Source: Lingula anatina (Eukaryota > Animalia > Brachiopoda). Taken from it: a stretch of DNA of 64,000 bases. The position numbers and the translations under genes are program-made. Shown one piece after another: positions 11,739 to 24,256 of this stretch. Below the pieces are notes generated by a model. It was given only the letters and a program-made list of their open reading frames with translations. It searched no databases and was not told the DNA's origin. Location: NCBI GenBank assembly GCA_051362555.1, contig CM120648.1:9978587-10042586 (forward strand), read 5' to 3'. Numbering within the stretch: position 1 is the stretch's first letter; every line of letters begins with the position of its first letter.

Positions 11739-14647
11739 TCAGACGGCGTCTTGCGCTTTTTAAAGTCGACATACTTAGGAAATATTTTGTAAGCCCGTTC
11801 GTAGTTAATTGCCCAATAGGTATCATCGATTGCTTTGTCATACTTGGTGTCCATAATGCCCCTCCATACGGTCTGAAATTAAATAGAAAACATCTTTAGA
11901 GGACAGGCTATAGGCCATAGAGACTATGACAGATCCATTTTTTGGAGGGGGTAGTCATGAAGCGAGGAAATAAAATGCACACAATAGAGGAGGAGAATTT
12001 TAATGTGATACAGACATGTACGTAGCAACTTGATCCTTATCTGTGGAGTTTTTTTCGACAATAGTTCTGCCATTACGTACCTTCATCATGCTTTTCTGAT
12101 CTACATTGAATTTGATCCACGTGTGTGTTTGTCTATACTCTGTTGCTAGTCGGGTGTAGTTCAGCGTGATCAGTCCACTATCCCACGGTCCGTAGTGTTT
12201 ATACAGTTGCGATGCAAACACCACCATTGGATAACTATGGAATATTTGGAAGGATAATAATTTTACAACGAAGGGTATGCAGCATTGGACATTTTTTCTG
12301 AATCTATGGCCCTGGAGTTGCTAAAACATTGAGTGTATAGACCCGACTAAAAATTCACAAAACTATTGGGCTTATGTCACAGGAAATCAAATAATTCATT
12401 GGTTTTTGTCATTTAAGTCATATGTATATTTTAAAAGATAATTAGCGACCCAAAAATTGAGCATGTAGCGCCCCTCCCCCCCCCCCCCCCACCCCCACCC
12501 CACACACAAAATAGTGATAACTCACCTTTCCTTGTTTTCGTAGCCGGGCGATCTTGTATGATTTAATACTCTGTACACGCCTAAATGTTCGTTGGCATGC
12601 TGAATGGGGACGTTTTGAGAGACACTCCTAAAAAATATTGAAAAATAGTTAATAAGATATGAACTCTACTTACCTCTGTAAGGCCTGCAACACATCATAG
12701 TGACCGACATCAAAAACCACAATGCATTCTTTTTAAACATGATTAAATATCTAAATATAAATTCTTTGAAATATATGGAGAAATTTTGTCTTGTTTCCGA
12801 CAGTTGTTGTTCAGAACTTTTTTTTTCTTGTGCACTTATGAGTATCTGAACAACGTTGTCACGCTCTGAGCAGACGATAAACATGCAATGAAGTAAATAT
12901 TGAAGTAACTTGAAGAAATAAGCGGTGCAAAACAGGTAACGACGTTTCGACCTTACCACAAAGCCGTCTTCAGGTGAACTGATTTGGTTCTGGTATTTAT
13001 TAAACCTACCTCTGGAAAAGGTCATCGTCTTCACCACCCCATCTAATCATATGATTAGGAAATCCGTTTATCTTCTTGAATGTGTCGGGAGTTACCCCAA
13101 TAACCCCTCCGGTGTAGTTGACATGGGGTAGCCTGGAAACACAGCATCCATTCCATGCATATACTTGTATAATAATACATGTATTAAGTTTACTTTATAG
13201 AGTGCATTATCGAAATATAGGCCTACTAAATTATTTATTATGCGCTGTTCAAATGTTAATGTCATTACATGTGCGTGTAACCAGGATTATTTGAAGGGGG
13301 GTCTGCTCCTCATTATTTGATCAAATCAAAGATTAAACCACAAAAAGAAAACAAATCAAAACAAAGATACATAGACAGTAAAACTGGCGAAAGCACAGAT
13401 TGACATATTACTAATAAGGTTAATTACAACACCGTGCTATTTTCAATGTCATTATGGCAAATTTCAGTACTAATAATTAATGAATAAACATGTAAATAAC
13501 GAAGTCGACCTGTACTTTATGGCCATGAATGAGTTTAGTCAGAATATAGAGACGACGGCATTAAAACCTCAATTGAATACATCGTGTCCGCTAAAAAAGA
13601 ATAGATCTGAATTTTTGCCATTTTGTTATTACACAAGATTTTACAACTATTTTATAAATGATAAAGTGTCATAATTGTCGTCATCATAGGTGCTGACACC
13701 TAAACAAATGGAAATACCGACATGGACAATTAAGGTAAAAATAATTCACAGAAATGTGAAACATTTTGGGGTAAAGATCAATGGGTCCCTTTTTCGAACT
13801 GAAAATATATCTTATAACCATGCCAAAGGTCAGGATATTTTAAGAAACCGGGCCCAGAGGGGGGAGGGGCAGGGGGTTCTGAACCCCCATTTGATATTTC
13901 GAAAACAATCACACTAATATTTCCCTCTTGAATTTAGAATTTCGACTAGCTGATTTATAGTTCTAAACCGTAACAAATGGCACCTTTCGCCCTCTAAAAC
14001 ACCAAAAAATTTTGGGGCCCTTCAGCGGGGAGGGGGGGGCGGCTTTGTATCCGAGGACCCTCCTTCAAATAATCCTAGATCCGCCCTTAATCTGGACAGC
14101 GGCATACATCGAATGATGGGTATACGTCCAGGAATTGAGGGTCTTTTAAGATTTAATTATTACAACCTATACAGTCGGTGCCGTCAAACTGTTACAGTCA
14201 AAATGATTACAATTATAAATGATTCAAAATCAGATATTCAGACATAAAAGTGGGTGGGGGAACAAACAAACAAACAAACAAACAAAAAAACGGGGTAAAT
14301 GATTTTTCATACAGACCTGTAATGATACCTGTCCTCTGCAGAGGCAAAATGAAAAACTCTGTCAGGCGGACATCTATACAGTAGTGAATTGTTCATAGGG
14401 ATTTTATCCACGTCTTGAAATATGTAGCAGGTGAAATTAAACGCGGCACTGGCCTCTACAAATCCTACATTTTTGGCATACCCCGTGTTAAAAGGTTCTG
14501 GATGCGCCTGCAAATATACAAAGCCAAGGATGAATTAAAAACATCTGCTATAAAAAAATAATTATAGTAACATTTTAAATAATAATAATTGATGTTTTGT
14601 ATTCAACAACTTTATTTTTATAAATGATCAATCGTGATAAAACTATA

Positions 14648-14686
<39 letters not shown>

Positions 14687-14810
14687 TATTATTATTATTA
14701 TTATTATTGTCATTATTATTGATTTAGAATATTTGAGTGATGCTGTTCCGTAGAACACGAGCCAGAGAATAATGATGATGACGCGCTGCCGTGTGCCACC
14801 ATGTTTCTTT

Positions 14811-14846
<36 letters not shown>

Positions 14847-16570
14847 ACGAAGCAATGGACACTAAACAATGGACCTGTTCAACGACAAATATCTGGTATT
14901 GGCACTTCTGACTTTGTAGAAAAGGATGGAGATTTTGGAGCAGAATATCCAGGTGTTCTTGTCTGTCACGGTAAGGAATGATGATGGCCACGTGGTCCCT
15001 AGGTTTGCATGACGTAGGTGCCCATCGGCCTCCGGTGGCGACCTCTTTAAACAACTCCGTTCTATTTGGCATTGGCAAAAGATTCAGATTAACTTTAAAT
15101 GTATTTCCTAAAATTGAAAAAGAAGGCACTTGCATATCTTAAGTCAAAGGTGTATTTAATGGAACAAGTACAATTGCATTCGCTATTTTGCTCAATCCGT
15201 TTTGATGACACGTTGATTAACCTTATGTGTTGTTTGGAGCATCTCCAATATGCTTCTGCGTGAGTATCTGCTACTACCAGGACTGCAGATGAAATGTACT
15301 TGCACTTTTCTTTGGAAAATTTGGTCATGAATTAACCAAAGGCATCTTTGAATATCTATGTGAAAAATCAATCTGTGTCCCTGGTAATGGGTAAGTATCT
15401 GTCTAGTTGGTTTGACATTGAAAGGTTAATCTCATAGTGCTTATTTTTCATTTTTCAAGTACAATGAACCACGTATATATAGGTACCATATTGTAACGGC
15501 ATTGCTGTTTTTAGGGACCCCGATTTATTCACGTTCCTTACCTAAATTTTCCTGGTTTTCATGGCATAAACCCAAAGAGTTAGCGACCAGATCTTCGTTC
15601 ATCTTTCTGTAATTAATTTGGACCTCGTTTGATTAGTAAAGAGGGGTCAGTTAAAGAGTCTTGCTGTTGAGCCTGAAAAAATCTTTTTTAATCAAAAAAG
15701 AAAGAAAAGGCAGTGGTTTGCATTCTCCCTCTTATCCCACAGTTAAAAGAAGTCGACATGAATGGCGATAGAGCAAGGCCAGGGAGTTGCAAAACACTAC
15801 GCGACAAAGTTATTTTAGTAAAGTCCCCTTTACACTGGACGGCGTCCTTTCTTCCTCCTATAGTACGGCCCTATTTGAGAGTTTAAAAATACTTTACGTG
15901 CCGAGAACTGGCCGATCACTGAGCATTCATTCTGCAACCAAAGTGATGCTTGTGCCTATTTTCTACGACCACAGCGCTGCCTGTTTCATGATCGTATAAA
16001 AGACGCAGAAGGGACACTGTTCAGTGTGAAGAGGGGGGGGGGGGGGGGGGGGGGGTTAACACACCTGAGTATGCCCGCTAGCTCCGCAAGGTGTTGCCTG
16101 TGGAGGAAGAGCATTTCAGAGGCTGGGTACATACTGTTAACACTTCCAAATATTTTCCCATAACTGAATTTTTACAATTCATTCACAAATTTAATTGTTA
16201 TTACTGTAATGTTAAATAAGCAGATGGGCTGACCCAAGGAGTTGCAATTAAAACCTTACTCTGTTCAAAGTCGAATTGAATGCGACTTAGTAGTATACCT
16301 TGACTCCGGATACCCGTCTTGTATGTCACCAAAAGTATGATCAATACTAAAACAACACTGAATTGATCAACGTTTTAAATAATGGCATTTAGTCCGCTCA
16401 AAAATATTCGAATGTCTTAAATTTAGAATCACGCACTCGTTTACACGACATACCTGCTAGTAGTCCAGTGAAAGGCTACAATCCAAAACAAATTCACAAC
16501 AGAGAAGGTAACGAAGAAGAAAGGTAATTTCACATTCCGTCTTTTCTTTTTTCTTCCAGTTTACCAACAT
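11739..16570 (-). CDS. GT7-family glycosyltransferase paralog 2 (apparent 1-nt frameshift in first coding exon)
   Basis: Exons 16570-16454, 15606-15542, 15107-14875, 14507-14317, 13132-13010, 12627-12526, 12234-12081, 11872-11739. Catalytic exon sizes match paralog 1 (233/191/123/102/154). Motifs PYRDR, FQDVD, RWGGEDDD, RVLNH. The ATG at 16570 is one base out of frame with the TM segment. Confidence 0.85.
12933..12981 (-). ncRNA. Minimal type I hammerhead ribozyme motif (Penelope-like/retrozyme type) in a GT7 paralog 2 intron
   Basis: Minus strand reads CAGTTCAC-CTGAAGA-C-GGCTTT-GTGGT-AAGGTC-GAAA-CGTC-GTTACCTG: intact core, 6-bp stem II, palindromic ACGT stem III, GUC site, 6 of 8 pairs in stem I. 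Confidence 0.6.
15824..16034. mobile_element. Internally deleted copy of the MITE at 19096-19490
   Basis: Shares tttacactgg.cggcgtc, cattcattctgcaaccaaagtgatgc and the cagtgtgaag end. Confidence 0.65.
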
Positions 16571-17090
16571 GTAGATTTGCTGCATACAGGTAGCTACCTC
16601 AATACATGTTCACTCCGAGTGGGAATAGGCAATGGCGTGGAAGAAGAAAGATAAGCGAAAGTCGGCTATCTATACACACATGGTTTGGGAAGTATAATTG
16701 GTGGAGCTTAATAACAGGGTTATGTATACAGAACTGGCACCTTATGTTATTATGATGATATCTTTTTCCTGTGATTAACATTATTATTATTAAGCATACA
16801 TATATTTTAATGTACCGAACAGTTTAACTACATGTGTTATTATTGCCGGTTATTGTAGGGTGGGCGCGAGGAGATTACAAAAAAATTATGTACCATATAT
16901 ATATAGTCACTTTTATTATCCGTATTTCTTGTTATAATTACAGTCTGTACACTTTTTCTTTATCGACCGTTGCTAGATGTAACCCCCCTCCCGCCCCCAA
17001 TTACGTGTTTTGTAAGATTCTTTTCATTAAATATGTTTGCTTGTGTCCCGATACCACAGGTCATGAACGCCTGAAATGTAAGAAGAGCTG

Positions 17091-17236
17091 GGCTCCGTAT
17101 CTCGAAAGGTTCGCTATGTTGCGCACGTGCGCAAGTGTCTCGATTCCATAACCGATTCTATTTCGAGATACGGTGCCATGGAAACGAGACACTTGCGCAC
17201 GTGCGCAACATAGCGAACCTTTCGAGATACGGAGCC
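17091..17236. mobile_element. Near-perfect foldback MITE (PIF/Harbinger-like, CTG target duplication)
   Basis: Inverted arms of about 58 bp (ggctccgtatctcgaaaggttcgctatgttgcgcacgtgcgcaagtgt...), with CTG on both flanks. Confidence 0.85.
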
Positions 17237-19095
17237 CTGAAAGATTTTCTGATACCGCAGGTCCTCTGAACTGGCATTTTTTTTTTTTTTTTTTTTTTTG
17301 GGGGGGGGGGAGGGGGATACAATGCATCAAATAAATCCTATATAAACATAGACTATCGGAAATAAACTATTGAGTTTGGATCAGCACAGTATTGGGAAGA
17401 TCTGCAGATTTTCTGTAGTGCTGGTTCTCTGGACCTTCAGCATCTCAGAAGTTTTCTCCATGTCTTCCTGTCTTGAAATACATGTAGCTTTATATCAAAC
17501 ACTATATAGGTATGCTTAAACGTAAATGCATGCCTTAAATCTGATAAGTGAAAACCCTCACCTGTAAATATTGCACAACAATTAGTATTTAAACCATCAG
17601 TCTTGATGCCATTTAGATAAAGCATACATGCATTGCAGTGTGTACATTGTAGATAATAAGTTATTTTTTTAATTAGGAACTGAAGATGTGAGGTTGTTTG
17701 TTATGCTTTTCTGTTCACGAAAAGTGGACGACATAGTCGGATGTCGAGTTATGCCGGAACGCTGTGAGTTACACATATTATAATCATCCGAAAATTAATA
17801 CAACGGTGTTGTATATAGATGCATATAGATATATATTATTTTAGAAAAATAAATTGGCGGAGGGGGTAACAATATATATATATCCTTCAATGCATTTAAT
17901 ATAAAACTATTTATTAACGAAAAATCTACTAATATACGTCCAATGTGTGTCAGTATTATGTTATCAATACACTTTGACCTGTCTCTTAACATCTTAATAT
18001 CAATACATATTTAACGAGTGATGTATGCAATATATATTACTGATCGCATTCAACTTTTTCCTCTGCCTTTTACAGCACGATCGCACCTATCGCATTCGCT
18101 CACCACCAGCTGTACGCGCTCTTCTTCACTAGAGCCACCTATAGGCTAGTGCTAGTACTAAGATAATGGTCCCTATATGGAAATCATGGTTGTGAATAGT
18201 ATCACTTCATTTTAGTCTAATTTGAATGTTTTCTGGTGGTTAGTTGTACTTTAAGACTACGTCACAACTAGCGGAATGACGTGCATGTGAAAATTTTGTG
18301 TGCCTGAGTATACGCGTTCGTCCTGAGTACGTAATTCGTACGAACCCCTTGCCTAAGTCTGCGTATGGGTATTTTTTTCTTATACGTTAGTGCTTTTTGC
18401 TAGATGTGTCGGTGCCATTACGCTTTACTTGCCTTACAAAGCACGCGTTAAGAATTGGAAACTAAAATAATAAAAATGCTTTTTTTCAAATGAGACTGAA
18501 ACTATTAAAATCAATGTGGCATTTTAAATATTCGTAGAGGTTGAGTCCATAATTTGGGAGCATACAAAGTAAAAAAAACATGTCAATTTATGTTAACAAA
18601 TCTTTACTAAGGAGATAAGAAAGTACCGTCCGTTCCAGGATTATTAGTAGAGGAAGAAATTTTACTTTTATATGAATGGCATAGGAAAGGAAATTGCATG
18701 TTTTTGTCGTGTTTCCCTTAAAAATGTCTCATTCTCTTTTAAGTATCATCAGTTAATATGATGACTTAATTTTATTACAAAACGTCATGTATTTAAAAGG
18801 ACAACGAATACTATAACAATTTCTGTTTGATATAATAAAATATCCCCCCAAGTTATACCATATTTATTGATTTGATAAAATGCGGTTTTAGAAATAGAAC
18901 GGAAGTAGTTGTTTTTGTTAATGTTAACGCGTTGTTTCTTTTGATTTCCTTAACCATTTCGCAGGGTGAAAAAGAAACCACTCATGGTTAAAACCTACGC
19001 ACCTACGCATAACGCCCCCACAACGTAAGGGTACTCCACTTCTTTCAGCAAAGCATGCAGAATCACATTGCGGTGAACGGGGCGGTTTCTTAAGA

Positions 19096-19490
19096 CCTCT
19101 TTACACTGGGCGGCGTCTTTTCTGCTTTATAAGACCTCTAGTAGCTGTTACCCTCAGTTTTCATTTCTTTGGTGAAAAATACCCTAGCAAAGCCCCGTTT
19201 GAGAGTAAAAATATGATATTTTTTCGTGTTGACCACTGCGCATTCATTCTGCAACCAAAGTGATGCATGTGCGTCCTTTCTGGAACCACAGCGATGCCTG
19301 TGCGTCTTCTGAGCGTCCCTCAGTGATCTTGCAGGGACTAACCTCCACCGCGTTACTAGCGTCCTCGGCGATTCTTGAACTTCAGTGTGCAATCGTAGCG
19401 ATCACCGTAACTTGTTTGAGCGTCCAACGGGGACCTTGCCAGTTTTATGGTCGCTCAAAGGACACAAAAGGACGCCATCCAGTGTGAAGG
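19096..19490. mobile_element. MITE with TTTACACTGG / CCAGTGTGAA terminal inverted repeats
   Basis: ctttacactgggcggcgtctttt versus aaaaggacgccatccagtgtgaag; second copy at 15824. Confidence 0.7.
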
Positions 19491-19948
19491 GGGGAGGGGA
19501 GGTTAGTGCAGGCGCTTTGTCCTAAAAACTGACATCTTCCAACGCTCACTTAAACGGACAAAGTCTGTATTTGCTTTTTTTTTATTTTGAAAATATAAAA
19601 AGAAAAAATAAGGAGTGATTGTATCTGCATATAATTATTTGAAAAGAAAAGTTCAAATCAACCACGCGTGAATATACATGTATTACATAAAATTCATTTA
19701 ATCCGTTAATCTAAAGATATAAAAGTACGTCAATTTGACACAGACAAGTATTAAATGGCTATGTGCACGTCCCGGGTATGTAATCACCACAAGGACCACA
19801 ACAAATGATATGACGTGTCCGTGACTCATGCGGCACGGTGGTCGTATTTTAATCGTTACACTGTGCTTGCAACACCGCAGCCGACATAGATATATGTTAA
19901 TTTATGCGGGAAGGCACGAGGGGTCGTGACGGTAAAAAGAGATAACGA

Positions 19949-19960
19949 GTGTGACGTCAC
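19949..19960 (+). promoter_or_regulatory. CRE palindrome (GTGTGACGTCAC) upstream of LU-CBM14 gene A
   Basis: TGACGTCA at 19952-19959, about 110 bp before a likely non-coding exon donor (gag|gtaggt near 20068). The same motif lies upstream of gene B. Confidence 0.4.
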
Positions 19961-20877
19961 GGCCAGGATTCCATGTGGGGATTTCGCGTTTTCCTGGTGG
20001 ATTGTGGTTAAGGCAGTGCTGCGGCTTGCTGGGTTGCGCTTAACAGAAGTGGAAGACTCCTCGAGGAGGTAGGTTGGGAGAGAATTACTCCTATGAAAAA
20101 TAATGATATCTTTATATGGTTTAGACAGAAATATTAGATTGCAGTTGCGGAATCAGACAGTATTGTTTCATATTTTTGGATTTGTCTGTGTCCCGATTCA
20201 GTTGTTGTGATATCGGTATTAAAATAGGTCTTGAAATTATCAAAAAGATTTTGGAATCACAACACATGTAAATTATATTAGAGAGAAAATGTATCCTTAA
20301 TCTTTAGCGCATCTTTTCACACTAATTTAGCACAGTTAAAATGTTGGTGCCTGTTTAACAAAACGTTTTAAGTCATAACGTTTCATAACGTTTCATAAAT
20401 AATATAAGAATAGTAAACCTTTTGAGCAACTAGTGATAGGCTTGACAAAAGTTTTTATCCAATCACTGGTGACAGCAGCCAATTTAGGCATGTCGTATAC
20501 ATTTATTCCGCGACAGTCATTCTAAGTATTCTTTGAAAAGGCAGTTCTTAGAGCATTAGATTGCAAAGTCAACTTTACTTAGCCAGGTATCTGATTTTAC
20601 ACATGGCTGGCTAAGATCAGCCCAAGTATTTAAGAAATAGCCCCCCGTATGTGAGAGGTAGTGGAGATATGTAAGGATTAACTTATCTCATTTGGTTAAC
20701 AGTTTTGTTGTCTCGGTCCGTGTCCACCCCGTTTTTGAATACATCTTTATATGTCTTATGATACCGCCTTAAAATAGCACCAACGGTTACACATAAGTGA
20801 TCAAGCGAAAACGCAACACGGTGGCCTCTCAACAGTTATTTATCAAATATCCATATGAATTTCAGATTCAAAGGCAG

Positions 20878-23800
20878 ATGGCGTCCACAGTATTAGCTGT
20901 TGTGGTTCTTGGTCTGTGCCTGGTACAACCTGGAGAACCTTTTTTCGGTAACGGATGTAAGTACTGTACAAATATTTAAAAGAACAGACAATATTGTACC
21001 TTTATCAGGCTGTGGAGGAGGCTTTTTGGAGAGGGGGCGTTGCCCGCAGCTTTTTTAAATTCAAAACAACAACTGAAAAAACTGGACTGAATAAAGCTTT
21101 TAGCAAGACTATTAAAAAAAAAGATTGATAGACCTATATATTTATTTTTTATTGTTGGTATACTTAAACATTTTAAAGTTTTAATTAAAATATCTTAAAA
21201 ACACATTATTAAAGCAAAAATTCGACTCAAGATAGCAAATAAAAAAAGATAAATAAAAAGACTTTCAATTTAAAATTGCTTAATTGAATCCGTTAAAGAA
21301 TAGATCGAATGAAATTATGGATTTCTACAAAGGTTGTCCTATTTCTTGTCCAACAGTTTTCTGGCCGTCTGCCTGGCAAGTGCAGACCCGTCGTGGGCCG
21401 CTGTGTATGGAGTGTGACTCCACATGGCACTCCAGGTGCACAGAGACAGCCATTCCGGACCACGACCAAGATATCAGCACGACGAGAGCAACCAAATACT
21501 GCTACGTCATGAAGGAAATGAATCGTAAGTAGATCTAATTTATATTTTTGCTGTTAGTTCTTTAATCAAGGGGAGTATACGTAAACGTTTTGTTTCATGT
21601 TTTTGAAAAACTTTCTGTTCTGGGAATAAAATATCATCGTACTTAAAAAATCAACTTTAAATGAATAACGGCAGACATTAGGCCAATGTTGATATATTTA
21701 TTTAATCAGTGGCAATTTCTCAACATAGGAATAATTGTTACCCTGTCAACAACCAAATATCCACTTTCATTAAACGCTTAACTTAATGATTGAAATGGTA
21801 AAATTATTATCTCTGTAATGTAAGACATTCTTAACTAAAAGAGATACTTATCTAAATGAGAAATCTGTTGACTTTTGGAATGATACTTTAATTATTTTTT
21901 AATTACTTTCTGTGGATTGCTCATTGTCGGTTCTTTCATGCCCTGGCGCGTGCCTAGATAGCGTCTAATAATCTGATGCCGTCATCGTCGTTTAATGATA
22001 AATCTAACGCAAAGGCGACTGAGTCCACTGTTTAAGTCTTAATGAACTTAAGTCACGAAATAATTTTGACGCTGAATTGAAGACAACCAAGATTTAGGAG
22101 GGAATTAAACTGTACTGGCGTTCATTAACATAAGTGCTAGTACGCAAGTGTATTAGATGCATATTAAAGTAACATATTAAAGTAATCGTCCTTAATAAAT
22201 AAGTGAACATAATGACAGCACTTAATCTCGACAGGTCACTATAATTTAGGGGAATCTCTGAACTGTTATTTGCGCTGACATGAATTTTGCACGTCGTCAT
22301 TGCAACAGCCATTTTGTCCTTATCAAGGCCATCTTACATGTTCACGCTGTCTTGGTATTAATTCCATTAAAAGTTTGACAGCCGCCATTTATTTTGCTAC
22401 ATTACTTTCAGCTACAATGCAGTATTTTCACTCATATCTGGGGTGAATTCAAAACCGTTTCAGTGGTTTAATTTCCAAGCCGGGTGAATAACATTATCAT
22501 TTTGCCCCCCCCCCCCTTTTATACGAACGTAGACTGATATCAGTAACGTGATATTCAAATTATTGTTTTTCTTTTTTATCAAGAGCTTGTAAAATATGTG
22601 GGTATTACCTCCAATATTTCTGTGACTGTCAGTCACCATCATCAGGGAGTAAATGACTAGGGTCATTTCACCTGGAATGAAAATGAGGATGTAACAGTTA
22701 CAACACAAGGCCAGTGATTAGGGGCAATTGACCAGGATTTTACAAGCTCTTGATAAAAAGAAAAACAATAATTTGAATTGATACATACAGAGCTAATGAA
22801 ACTGTTCTCTCAGTAACGTGATAAACTTAAAATCCACAATTTAACTTTTTTCTTCCGCCAACAGCGATAGAAGGAGGGTATCTCAATGATTACCACTTTG
22901 TCGTCCATTTTAAACCTAACACCGCATTTACAACCATTTTTGCATAATTTCAGTCTTCAACGGAACATCTGTGGTAACCAGAGGGCGAGCAGACGACCTC
23001 AGCATCCGGGTTCCTAGCCGAGGAGGGTGTGCCGTCAAAGACAACAAAGATGGACGCCTTTTGGCACTCTGCGTCTGCAATACTGATAACTGCAATGGGA
23101 AATCCGTAGGCGACCTTGGCGGCCAATTTCGAATGAAGGAAGACACAGCAAAATTGGTGGAAGATGTTATAAAACCTCCTAGTAAGCCATATTTTATTGA
23201 TAAAAGGAAGAAAGATAACCTTAGTGCTTTTATACCTTGGTCTCAGCATTCTTAAGAGTTGTATTCGATATTTAAGCTTCTCGTGCAGCGAATAAATTGA
23301 CAAGAGTATCCATTCGCTGTATTAAACATTTGGGTAATAAAATTTAGGCCCTGATATAATAGAATATAGAACGTATATTTGAAAAATGGGTTTATCATTT
23401 TCCTTTTAAATGTAGAATTGAAAGCTTGGTCTTTTATTAAACAGAGCAACGTGAGATGGCGGAAATCAGCAAAGAAGATTTGATATCTTTGGAAATAGCC
23501 TTGCAGCAACAAAAGGAAGACGAGGAAGAAGAAAATGGCAACCAACTTGAAAGACCACTGTTGCCACCTAAGAAAAATGAAAAACCCAAACCAGGAAAAG
23601 GCAAGGGTAAAGGCAAAGGCAAGGGTAAAGGGCAGGACAGGGGAAAAGGGCAGGGCAAGGGCAAAGGTCAGGGTCGAGGTCGAGGTCAAGGTCAAGCTAA
23701 AGTTGATTTCTCATCTTCGTTTCTCAACGGGAATGTCATAGGTCCAGTTCTAAATGGTGCTTTGCCGTTCTTTGGCCTTGGCGCTCTTCCCAATAAACCA

Positions 23801-24256
23801 AGGCGCGGGAAAAGGCAGACGAGCGGAAACGATCCCTATGACGTCACTCAGATTTGCTCCTACTGTGGCGACCTCAAGTGTCCGACGGACTTTGCTCTTC
23901 CTCCCTACACCAGTTCTATCATGAACGACCCGGCAAAAGCTTGCAAGCGCAGACACAATGGCAACTACCAGCTGTGTGACTCCTGCGTCAACTACGTCAC
24001 GTGCGAGATGGAAAACTTCCGGTTCCGAAGTTGCACTCCGGGATTGGTTTGGAATGATTTCACGAAAACGTGCGTCTACCCTTGGGAAGAGTCCCCCATG
24101 GCGTCCTGCTACTTAACTTACTCGGACAGGAGGACAATCTGTGATCATTATTACAACCAGGAGGTGTCCAGTTTTTGTGCGTTTTATCAGAATTATTTCA
24201 CGGGGATATGTGATGCGTCTCTGTATCCATACTCGGGAAGATGCGCTGGAAATTAG
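20878..24256 (+). CDS. Secreted Ly6/quiver-like three-finger plus chitin-binding type-2 (CBM14) protein, gene A (428 aa)
   Basis: Exons 20878-20956, 21357-21524, 22954-23181, 23445-24256, all phase-1 GT-AG (1287 nt). Signal peptide MASTVLAVVVLGLCLVQPGEP; LCMEC...CY...RG...C...CVCNTDNCN; GK repeat; RRGKR furin site; CKRRHNGNYQLCDSCVNYVTC...RSCTPGLVWNDFTKTC. AATAAA near 24369. Confidence 0.85.
22552..22778. mobile_element. MITE-like inverted-repeat element in an intron of gene A
   Basis: attcaaattattgtttttctt...tcaagagcttgtaaaa versus ttttacaagctcttga...aaaaacaataatttgaat. Confidence 0.65.

Noticed and set aside
23252-23695. Antisense ORFs of 147 and 75 aa (hydrophobic or PL repeats)
   Set aside because: Shadows of the GK repeat in gene A exon 4.
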